NCBI GenBank assembly: GCA_051294375.1 | Contig: CM119265.1 | Coordinates: forward strand, 21,514,278 to 21,578,277 | Direction: 5' to 3' | Origin: Paraspadella gotoi | Lineage: Eukaryota > Animalia > Chaetognatha | Length of the DNA stretch: 64,000 nucleotides | Notes under the pieces: model-generated | Told to the model about the DNA's origin: nothing | The model's input: the letters and a program-made list of their open reading frames with translations, nothing else | Databases searched by the model: none | Translations under genes and position numbers: made by a program | Shown: positions 27,201 to 39,200 of the stretch, piece by piece | Numbering within the stretch: the stretch's first letter is position 1 | Layout of the letters: each line of letters begins with the position of its first letter

Positions 27201-30200
27201 AAAAACAAAACCTTTTATTGTCCATGAAATGAGCCATACCTTTGATCATCTCTTCAAGTCGTATAACTTGAACTTCTGTTTGTTTTTTATACCTTCACAT
27301 AAATAACCTATTATTATAATTTGTAAATACTTTTCTTAATACTAATTTTATTATTAGAAATTTCTCAAAAGATTGAAGTGTTCAAAAGATTTTTACATTA
27401 TAAATACAGTGACGTGATTAATCTTTCTTTCGTTTTGTTTGTGTTATTTGAGATTAAATAGGACTAAGCTCTGACGAAAAAAGCCAGAGGTTTTTTTAAT
27501 ATATTCTTTTACCGGCCAATGTAGAATGATGGCAATATTGCTATTGTTAAGTTTCAAAAAAAATCCGACCATAAATATAGAAAATATTAACCAAAATCTT
27601 TGGAAAATCCACCCCTTCTTTGGAAGATTTTCACCATAGACGATTTTTATTGAATCTGACTCCCGGTTGAAAACTCTTAAAATTCCGATCATTAGCTCCT
27701 CTTTTACTTTTACTTTAAATAAAAATTTCACCAAAATGGACTAATTCATTTTACCATGATTGTATCATATTAATATAACCAAATAAAATGTGAAGAAAAA
27801 TTTTGAGAGCACGTGGGCAATAGACTTGTGGAGTCCCACACTTCGACCACAGGCACTTCGATGGACTTGTGGACAACTGACGGAGGCGGTGACAGAGGCT
27901 GACACCCTCGACGACAAAGGGTCTCGGCGTCACTCGCGACGGCACCACCAAAGGGGCGCTGGATGCGGCCGCGCCCACTTCCGGCGACGAGGGGAGTTAA
28001 CGGCAGTCTCCCCCAGTAATGGCGCGACGGGTCATAGGATGGAGATAAGCCTGGCAAGGCAGTCTGACTACTAGTTCCTCGACAGTAAAAGGGCCTTATT
28101 TGTGTCTTCGTCCTTTGGGGTCATAGGACGGAGATATGCCTGGCGAGGTAGGCTGACTACGAGTTCCTCGACAGTGGAAAAGTAAAAGTCAGTGGATCAA
28201 TTTTATTAAAAGTATCAGAAATTGTGGATCAACAATGGTTCTTTAGGTTTGTTTTAAATTTGTTAAAAATAAAGACTATAATAAAGATATTACTGTAGTC
28301 GGGCATTGCATAAGTTCACCCCGCCTATGAGCATGACACCTTCAGTCGTGACTCGGTTGCTCATTGAGTAAAGCCATCAGCTCATGACCACTAGGTACCA
28401 GGTTCAATCCCAACCCGGTACCTACCCTGCGGGAAGCATGAGGACGGCCGTAAGCCGCCTTGGGGGCGTGGAAAGCCCTCAAGCCTGATTCCAAGCCCAG
28501 GACCCGTTCCATGGCTGCTAGAGGGGGTCATAGAAGTTATGGATAGTCATCTTCAGCCCACATAGCGCCTTATCCACATTAGCCATTATAATAATTATAG
28601 GTATCAAGTATATTTAGCAAAGGAGGAATTGTTGTAAGCAGAAAAAAGGCACAATAAATCTTAAGATCATAATAGATATATTATATCAGTTTCACACATA
28701 TGGATGATTCATAGGCCTTAATATACAGTAAGAAAGATGAAATAAAATGACTATCGCCAGAACTGCTGCTGGTGAATTTTTGCGCATCATTTTTGGGAAT
28801 CAAGAATGATCAATTTGTTGAGAGAAAATCTATTTGCATCTCCTGTAACCAGAGGTTTTGCGAGGAAAGCCTAGTTTTTGCGCAACAATAAAAAGAAATA
28901 TTGCTTTCTGTACTATTCCAATATTTTTCTTATTTGAAAGATTCTTTTTGGGTTTTTAGTTAGACTTACCCCTACAGTACCTAGATTTAAAAAATAAAAT
29001 TTTTCTTCTTAGAATTTTCCATACAGTAAATATTTCAAAAAACCTTGTTTTTTGGAATCAAATTCCCTATTATTTTTTGGTCGATAGAAAAAAAAAAAAT
29101 TCGTCGAATACTGCTAATCCCTATCTATGGCGAAAATCTTCCAAAGAAGGGGTGGATTTTCCGAGGATTTTGGTTAATATTTTCTATATTTATGGTCGGA
29201 TTTTTTTGAAACTTAACAATATCAATATTGCCATCATTCTACATTGGCCGGTATAAAAATATATTTAAACCTCTGGCTTTTTTCGTCAGAGCTTAGTCCT
29301 AACATTATCTAATATATTTTCTTACCAAATGTTAACCTCTGCTTCTCTCTCTCTCTTACAAAATTTAATTTCTTTTCCCTCACATTCTCTCTCTCTCTCT
29401 ACCAACTTAAACCTGTCCTCACATTTCACCACTGTTCTGTCTCACATCTTTGTTGGCCATTTTTTCCCTCTCTATCACTCTCTCTCTCTCTCTCTCCCTA
29501 AGTCAATTTTGAAAACATGAAAATGTGAATTGTCAAAGCATTGATGAAGGCTTGAATGTAAGCCAAAACTTGTCTGTACCACTAAAAATAAATTCGTTGA
29601 TGTAAAAAGACTGTCTTTAATCTCAAATAAATACAGTGACAAAAAACTAAGTTAACCTCATCGGGTTTTACCTGCACCATATAGTTTCAATTTAAGATCG
29701 CCAAAACAATTCATAATTTTGTAAAAACTATAAAAGTGTTTTTAATTATGAATCTAGTAATAATTTACTTGCTAGTTTTGGTAAATAAACCTGATCCATG
29801 CAAAGCTTCATGCCAGACAACAGCGGTGACATTTCCATTGTTGTCACCCATAATCATTATAGCTTGATTCATGTTATCTTTGTTAAACCAATAGTCAATG
29901 CAACCCAAGCAGGTCTCAAATCCGACGATGTGATAGCGTCTGAAAGAAAAATTTCAGAAAATTTGTTAAAAAACTAATTAAATAATACTTTATTTTTTGT
30001 GGATTACCTCCAAAAAGAAGTGCCGGTTGTATCATAAATATGGATATCACGATTGGTAGTTGTGGCGGCTATTGCATTAACATTAAGCATTGAACAGGCG
30101 TCAAGGATCCAAACCTATTTAAAAATCCCATGAAAACGAAAGGCCAATTATTTTTCTTTTCTATATTACCTTACTGTTCATTGCTTTACGAGTAGGAGTG

Positions 30201-33200
30201 TCTTTATCTAATGAAAGGTCCATCGGCTGTAAAAAATTTTAGATGAGCATTTTTTGAAATTTTATTTTTAAAACAACTCGCTTCTGCCTACACTTGTTCA
30301 TTTTTAGGCTTTCGGATATAATTTTTTAATATTTATATATATGTATTATTATAAAAGAGACGAAAAAGTTTTTACAACAACGGTTTATTTTTATTCAATG
30401 GACATGTTTCGACTTTTGTACAAGTCTTCATCAGCAAATATCAGTTTTTTACCCAATATGTATTATTATATAAAATCCCATTTTCTAACCTCTGATCTTC
30501 GATGTTCTAAAGTAGGAGACCAAAAATTAACAATTCCGTCTTTAGATATGGATAAAAGACTACCATTCAAGTAATCTAATTGGTTGGCTACAGCCTCTTG
30601 TTTATTAGCATGTCTCATTGAAGGAATGAGTAAGAGTTTGATTACATTGACTTTATGACTGGGATGTCCCTAAAAGAAAAGGAGTACATAGAACAATGAA
30701 ATGACTCAAGAATTTTTTTAAAATTATACTTCTAAAATGTAAATATTAATTCTATATACCTCTAAAGACGGCCTGGGAAAAGGTTTTAAAACACTCATGG
30801 ATTGCATTATGTCTTTTTCTTGAAATTCTAATAACATATATCCGAGGTATTCATCCCAATCAACGTTTTCATCGCAGTTGGCATCAATCTAACAATTGGG
30901 TTTTCTTTTTATGAAATTTACCCCTTTACAAGATAATATTTTACTCTGTCGTTATTTTAAATGTTGACTATTACTATGGTTAACTTTACCATTTAATACC
31001 CCTAAGTGAATAATATCAAAGTTGAAAGTTCATGCAATCGTCAGTTTTCTAACTTTCATGAAAAGTAATTCGAGTTCTCTTTCAGTGAGCTGAGGCATGA
31101 TTGTTTTCATTGCTGCGACAAATTCTTCGATATCCAAAGCTTAAATTAAAGCGGAGGAAATGCTGAGCACCCAAATAGAAAGCCTTTTCAGTAATTTGCA
31201 CACAACCTACTTCCTCCCCCGTCGGCGTCCGCTTCCAAGAACATTTTTTCCAAGCGGATCAGTTGTTTCTTGTTAAGTTCTTTTTCGATTTTTGCTTCCA
31301 TGTCAGTCTCACTCCCGTTGTCATCTTCGCTAGTTTTTGCCGCCGCCTGAAAATTTTACGAGAATTTAAAATTTTCACCGTGGACCGCATTATGAAATTT
31401 TCTCCGACTTCCCTTCGTCTGACTTCATCTATTCGTCCTACTAACTCGCAAAACTAGAGAATCGTAACAGAAATCTTTTCTCGGGATCCGCAGAGTTCGC
31501 CGTCAGTAGAGAAATCGATCAAAACAGGAAAAATCGGGGCATCGAGATGGGGTCTTCAGTGTCGCAGGGTTAAGGCTTTCCGAGTAACTAAGTCACTAAC
31601 CTCGAAAATATAGGGTAATTTCGGCTCCGAATTCGCGCGAAACGAAAAGACCCGAGGTCGCGAAAAGATTTCGAGGCCAACTCAAAAAAACTTATACACT
31701 ATCATCGAAAATGACCGCAAAATTTTTTCAGTTAAATAATTAATACTTCCATTATTTTATACTATTTGATTAAGTGTTTAAATCTTAATGGTTACGAAAA
31801 TAAAATACTTGGAAAATTTCGCGAAGTTCGTTTGACTTTGAGCGTTTTGATATACATCCTATTTAAGTTTTAAGCTTTATTTTTGGGAATGACTTTTTGA
31901 TGACACGTACAAAAAAGGAAAGCTATTCATTCCTCCATCGATTCAACCGAGTATTGACCTACTACATGGGACGTGGTTAATGTTCACTCGTCTTGCGATC
32001 CTCGCTTGGCCCAGAAAACTCTTTCCTCCTATGCCCGTGCCTCAAACTGGCTCAGATCTCAAGCCAGAGTGCCCTACTACGCTATCTGTGGTTAAAACCT
32101 ACCCCGTTTTAATTCTCGCGCATATAGAGCGTTTAAGGTGATCCAGTTTCCCGCGGAATATCGAAATTGTGAAAGTTTTTTATTTGCCTCGAGGAAAAGG
32201 TTTTCAGTAACATAACCTCTTCTTCTTCGTCCTCGTCGTCGTCGTCCCCCTAAATTTGAGAGAAAATGTTTGTTCAAGGATGAACGTTGAACCAGTTTTG
32301 AACCTGTAGCAACAATGGATTTATTTACCTCATTGTCATTTTTTCCGCCTTTGACGTCATTCGCTGACAAAAAGTATTAAAATACATGCAAATTGTGTGG
32401 ACATAATGGCAATTATTATGAAACATATATGCATACAAACATACTTAGAAACAATTTGTCTACAACCTAACCGTTTCTCTTATGAAATTGGTACAACCAA
32501 TATATATTTCTCTTGTTTGTTGTAATGATTGTTGTTATTGTGCAATGTGCATCTGTATCATTAACTTGATATGTATAAAAACACCTCATTATTATATAAA
32601 TGAATGGATAATTTTTCTATTGGTTGTACCAATTTCATAGAAATTTTCTTCTCTTGACGGCGAGAGGGAGGGGACACCCTCGCCCGGGAGGGCCCCTGAG
32701 AAGAGAGAAAAAAAAGAAAATAAGAAAAACCGTATAACCGATGTCTATTGCCGCTCATGGTTAAAAATAAGCGCTAAATCTCATCTAGTCAGAAGGTTTA
32801 ACAAATTTAGACCCATCGCTCAGACTAGAAGAGGGGCACAATGATTGTGTTAAAAAAAAACAATTTCAGTAAAACACCAATGCCAGGTTGCAAGACCTGG
32901 AGGCAGAAGCACTGGAGAAATGTTCAAGGCAAAAAGTCGGTAATCGAAAACTAAAAACTTAAATTATGGAGAGCGGGTGGGGGCCGACTAGGGGGCCTGT
33001 GGTGGGGCCCGCCATTCTCTCGCCGCCCCTGCTCACCATTGATGCTGGAATCGCTGTCATCATCGCGGTTCCCCGTGTAGTATTCGTCTATTGATATAAA
33101 GCAATTATATATTTATCTTTTTAATTTTAAGAAGAATTTAAAATGTTCAAACTTGCCTAAGTAGTGTTCTTCGTTGAAAGGCATTTTGGAAGAAAAAAAT

Positions 33201-36200
33201 TCCGAGCTTTTATTGAGTATTGCTCGTTTCCTTGAGCTGTTTTTTTACTGTGAAATATTGGTTTCTAGGAACTGGTGCGTCATGGCATTCCGAGGCCTTT
33301 TCGTGGGCTTGCTTGGCAACTCATATCTGGAGCGTACGATTCGGGATCAAAAGAATTATACAGGTTTTCACGAACCTCGTCTACCCATCGCCCTATCATT
33401 TTTAAATCAATACTGGATTAATTTTACTTTCGCCGACCGGGGTTAAGGGTGGTTTAGGGTTACGGGTATTTAGGGTTAATAGATAATAATTTTTTTTAAT
33501 TTTTTTAAAAATAAAAAGTTTAAATTGGTTTTTCAAAAAACGCCAAAACCCCGGTCGGCGAAAGTAAAATTTTGCCTCAATACTTTTTGTTTTTTCAGCG
33601 AATACATGAAACAGACTTCGCCGTGCGAGAAAATCATCCGGCGAGACATCGCGAGAACTTATCCCGAAAACGATTTCTTTCGTGAGAAGGATGGCTTGGG
33701 CCAGGAGAGCCTTTTCAACGTCATGAAGGCTTACTCTCTGCATGATCGGTTTGTAAATCTTTTTGCTTACTTTTCAATTATTTTTAAACCAATTATCCGT
33801 TGAAATTTATTTTCATTTTGTTTGCAGTGAAGTGGGCTATTGCCAAGGTTCCGCATTCATAGTCGGTCTTCTTTTAATGCAAATGCCGGAGGAAGAAGCT
33901 TTCGCCGTACTCGTTCAACTCATGCAGAGATTTCAGCTGAGAGAATTGTTCAAACCGTCCATGCAAGGTTATTGAATACTGTTCAGTATTCAGTGTATAC
34001 AGATTACATAGGCTTATCTGATAACAATGATCTCGGTCTCACTTCTTCTGTAAACTATGAAGCTTAACTTTTAAAGCATTTTCACGAGGCTCAAGGTGTT
34101 ATTGCATCGATTATTACTACTATTATTATTATATTAGAAAGATTTACTTTATATTTCAGAACTAGGACTTTCGATGCATCAGCTAGATTCGTTGGTCCAA
34201 GAGCAACTTCCCGATCTTCATGCACATTTCACTCAACAGAACTTTCATACTACTATGTACGCGTCGCCATGGTTTCTGACGCTCTTTGCCACCTCGTTGC
34301 CACAGGTACATATTTGCTTCTATAGTCTTATATTAACCTCAGCCCTTTCTGTTACTACATATTTGTATCTATTACATATGAAAATTTGCAAATTACTTGT
34401 TTCACTATTTTCTATTTTATATTTATGAAGGATTTAGTATTTAATCTTATTTTTAATCAAACATATATTGCTTTCTTTCTTAAAAATGTTTTATTTATCT
34501 AATAATTCAATTTGGGAAGGGGAAGTCAGTGTTGTCTTCTGGAAATAGAGGGAGCATCTATACAACACAAGGTTAGATTACTATCTGTCCTAGTTTTCTA
34601 ATAGATATCACACATCATTTCTGTTAGAAAGTCATTAATGAAAAATCATAATATCTAAGAGGCTGAACAGAAAGGGGTGGGAATGGATAATTTTTTAGGG
34701 GTTACCAAAGTTATATATGATTTTTTTTACCAATAGGGATAAGACTACCATGTAGAATTGTATGTTCTGATAGGGATACATACCGGGGAAAGGTCTATAG
34801 GGGCACCTTTATGTCATGAATATAATTTTAAAATTATATTTTTTCTTTATTCTACTTTTTAATTATTTCTTTTTTGAATATTTTTATCTTTTATTTTTAT
34901 ACAATGGGAAGGTCATCAGTTGGGAACCTATACCCTTCATGGATTTCGGCTCTTTAATCCCAATATCCAGGTATAGGCGAGCCATCACCAAATGGTGATC
35001 CTTCATTGTTGCTTATCTTATATTTTAAATGTATATCTTGAATGTTTATCTGAAACAGACCAAAGCCCTGGAGAAATTTTATTAAGGTTTTGTAATAATT
35101 TGTAATTTGTAAATAAATAAAATAAGTTAAATAATTAGTTTAATAATAAGTTAATAATTAAGGGTATGTTAATGTAAAGTTAACATTAAGTTAATTGGTA
35201 AAAGTTAAAAAATAAATTAAATCAGAGAGTTAAATATAATAAATATATATATATAAAGCAGTGTTTATTTTGAGTATTATAGTATTATGGCAACTGCCGG
35301 GTTTCCTGTGATGCCCATCTCACTGTTGGCTTTGGGGGCTTCTGACCCTCAGTGACGCCTCCAGTCACTGGCGCAGTTACTCTAGGACGGTCTTGCTTTG
35401 CCAACGCAGAGGGAAGACTGGATGGAACACAACGCCTGGGATGGTGTGTTCCCCCTCTGAGCCAATGGGATTGGCTAAACGATGATGGACATGAGGTGGT
35501 GTGAATATACCACCACAGGATCCCCAGTCCATCACTCGGGTTCCTCAAGCCTGAGAGGTGTCTGACAAGACTATTACCATAGTGGGAGAGAGAGAGCGAG
35601 CGCGAGTTGAGGGGGCATAGGCGTTTGTCGTAGCGTACCCAAAGTTGGCAGGGCATAGGCATTTGTCGTAGCGTATCCTGAGAAGGGCTCACCACTTATG
35701 GCAACAGCCTGCAATGACCTTTGGGATGGGGCATCTCAATGTTGGCTTTGGAGGCTTCCCACCCTCAGTGACGCCTCCAGTCATTGGCGCGGTTACCCTC
35801 GGACAGTCTCGCTTTGCCAACGCAGAGGGAAGTCGTTAGGACTGTGGGATGGTGTGTTCCCCCTCTGAGCCAATGGGATTGGCTGAACGATGATGGACGT
35901 GAGGCGGTGTGTATATCCCGCCACAGTATCTAATATTTCTTTAGCATTTTCGATTTCTTATGTTAATGTTTTTTTCAACTCAGGATCTTGCTGCGCGCGT
36001 CATGGATCTCATTTTGGCTGAAGGAACGATCTTTATTTTCCAAATGGGAATGGCTATACTACGCATGTCCGCTTTGGACCTCATGGCTCTCGACATGGAG
36101 CAAATGATTCGGGTGAGAAAATATATGGAGCCGAATGCGTGCAAGAATAACCTCATTTTATGAAAAAATTTGTAATCGAAAGAAATTCATCGTACACCTT

Positions 36201-39200
36201 GATTCCGCTTCAGTTCTTCCAGAAAGAAGTGCCGCAGCAAGCGGAATCTGACGGACTGGAATCGCTGGTCCAGTCCGCCCTCGGCGTCAAAATATCCGCG
36301 AAAAAAATGAAGAAGTGGGAAAAAGAATATTTGCAGATCAAGTCGAAAGAGCACGAGGAGCTCGTCGAACTTCGACGACTAAGGACAGAGAACAAACTTC
36401 TCAAACAGCGGATCGTTCATCTCGAAAAGGTGAAGAATAAATTTTTTCTTTCACAAAATTTTTCATATTTACGCTACTGGCTTGATATAGCAAAGAAACA
36501 GAAATTCTAAGCCTCTAAGTTTATTGATTTCCGAATTTTAAAGCGTAGCGTAACTTACGAACTTTTCATTGCACTTTTATCAAAATTTTTTCTAACTTCT
36601 AAGTCTCAAAAAATTTATAATCTACAAGCGGATGGCGGATGTTTGATCTTCGGACGTGGCTTAAGCCGGACGTTCATTCGCCGGCAAATCTGGACAGTCA
36701 GCGAGGCATTCGAGCAGGTCTTTCTTGTGGAAGATGTTAGGGTACTGCTCTCGAGATAAAATCCTTCCCATTGCCTTTACGAACGAAACAGTCAGTTTGA
36801 ACTAAAAATTTTTTGACAGAGAAAATTTTTTTATCCCACCTTTCTTTGTGAAATTTGGTATTTCGATTTATTGGCGTAAAGCGGCGGAAATATGAGTTTG
36901 GATGCATCGGCGTATGTCGGGTATTTAATCTTTGATCGTACTCGCCTGGATGAAATGGAAGTGTTGAGAAAACTTTTAAAAGATTTGAATGCGATGGGTT
37001 TCGTCAATCACTTGTCGTCCTCCACGTTGTATTTTCTCTGCTCGCTTCGGTTCAGGAAGAGACTGGTATCGTGTTCGTAATTAGGAATTTTTCCCAAGCG
37101 AGCGTTTTCCAGGATGTTGCGTCGAACGCCGAAGCGGTCGCCGTCTTTAACGAAAAAGTTCTGTGGCATCTATTTCAAGGGTAACTTGATTTAATTATAA
37201 TTTTGATATTGCCTTTAAGCATGATATTCCGCCAGGGCATGATGTAACGCCCTGCGTCCATGTGTCGTTCGTAATTGTCCCCTCCATACCATCCGAACAC
37301 GGTTGAGTGTTGACCATAATTGACGCAGGCGGCGATCTAAAAATTAGCGCGGTATTTTTGGGGTTAGGCTAATAATAAAAGTTTACTTCATCTGTAAACC
37401 CTATTACCCGAGAATGATATGCGTAATATGGAATTCTTTTTTCGCTCGTGGAGAAATCCAAGCGATGTTTCAATCGATTGGTACAAACGGTTCTCTAAAA
37501 AAAATATGGAGTAGTATAATAGTATTGTTTTACCGAATTTTACTCAGTTTTTGTCTTGCCTGGCACTCTTCATCAGTTCCCTTGGTCAAAATCCCGATAG
37601 CCTGATAGGGACGTTGCAGCGGCCCGTCCGGCCCCCGAGGCTTGAGTTTAAAGCGAAATTTCTTGATTGGCTTGACGTAGCCGGTGTTGCAGAGATCTTT
37701 GAGCTTTTTCTGTTCGCAAACGGGGATGCCGCCTTTTTTTGGTTTAGGCGCCGGCGCCACCGCCACAACGATTTTCACAGCCCCCGAGGCATCCTTCGCT
37801 TGGATTTTATCTTTCTTCTCATCCAAACAGTGGCAGTCGAATTTACAATCACAAATTTTAACTTTTTCCGCCTTTTCCGCCGGCTTCTCGTCCTTGCAGT
37901 GGCAGTCGGCCTTTTGACAGCCGCAGTTTTTCGCTTTTTCCGCCATCCCTTCGGTTTGAGTGTAAGGAGTTATTTTACGCGGAGGTTTTAATAAGTATTT
38001 TTAACGAATGTGACCCATTTTTAGGAGAGCGCGGCCTTGGCCGACCGGTTGATCCAAGGGCAAGTGACGCGAGCACAAGAAGCCGAAGAACTCTTCGTTC
38101 TCAGGCGGGATCTAGCTTCCGCAAAGCAGCAAGGCAGCGACGCCGCGGGGGAGTTGGCGCGGACCAAAGAGGAATTAGAGAAATTGTCTGCTAAGGTATG
38201 TGGGTGGGTGATGTATCTCTAGATTTGATCAGAAGAACAGTTTGTTTTTGCTTTCCGTCTGATAGAAGAAACAATTAATCCAATGCTGCACATTAGGGTG
38301 GAGTGATGAAAAGATTTAGCGATGGAACAATGTTTTTTTCTGCCTTTGTATATGTAATAAAAAATAATTAAGCCATTTTTTAAAAAAAATTTGTATAACA
38401 GTATCATTAATTGAATTTTATTTATAGTAATATCCTTATAAAATCATAAAATTTTAAAATAATATTTTTCATCATATAGTTTCTACTACAAAGCGTGAAA
38501 AAATGGAGAATTTGATTTTTTCCCCATTTTTGATGCTGAAGACATTGAAATTTTTGATAACATATTTTATATTTTTGATCTAACTTTTTATAAAGAATCA
38601 GAATCTTTAATAAAAATTTTTAAAAATATTTTTAAAATTTATGATTTTATAGGGATATTACTATAAATATATTGTAATTAATAATACTTTTCCCCAAACA
38701 ATATAAGCAAAATATTTTTTTTAATCTTTAATCATACTGTCTCACGTTTAAATATCCTTGTTTGTTCTCTCAAATAAAATATATGTTCCCCAGTGCTCCA
38801 CTCTACTGCACAGCTGTTCGGAAAATTTAACTATTTGTATTTTTTTTAAATAGACAATAAACAATTATTATAGGATGGCAGAAAAAACTATCAATCTGTC
38901 ACTTATTTTAGTCCAGCCTTCAATAAGAATTGTTTCCAATTTTTTTTTAATTTTAGAGAATATTCGTGCGAAAAATCATGTTTTACTTTTGAGTTTGGCG
39001 GAAAAAGAGGCGAATTTCACAGAAAAATGAACTCCGATTAATAAATACTCTTTAAATTCGTATTTCTCGTTTTTATTTGGCTGAAAAGTTAATGGTCATG
39101 GCTTTCCACTTTTGTTCACGCTTGTTTCTTCGCGCTTGTTTCTTCACAAAACTTCACTCTCGACGCGTCTGGCACCGTCGCTCTTGCCTCCCGCACAAAT

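Larger units (their letters stand above)
27461..29299. mobile_element. Non-autonomous DNA transposon with ~180-bp terminal inverted repeats and TA flanks (Tc1/mariner-type signature)
   Basis: GGACTAAGCTCTGACGAAAAAAGCCAGAGG...CCATAGA (27461-27640) is the near-perfect reverse complement of 29124-29299. TA lies on both sides. No transposase ORF was seen. Confidence 0.85.
27414..29627 (+). mobile_element. Penelope-like remnant bounded by a 14-bp direct repeat and interrupted by a MITE
   Basis: ATAAATACAGTGAC occurs at 27400-27413 and 29627-29640. Inverted ends are ttatttgagattaaa (27444-58) and tttaatctcaaataa (29616-30). A decayed hammerhead lies at 29541-29574. Confidence 0.55.

Noticed and set aside
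27925-28035. HDV-like ribozyme (GAGGGGA..TCCCC.AGTAATGGCG resembles the HDV P4 region)
   Set aside because: Could not build P1/P2/P3 with a proper L3 (TCCTCG-like) and P1.1.
35285-35695. 136-aa minus-strand ORF
   Set aside because: Overlaps the structured repeat and has no protein-like signal; likely a GC-content artefact.
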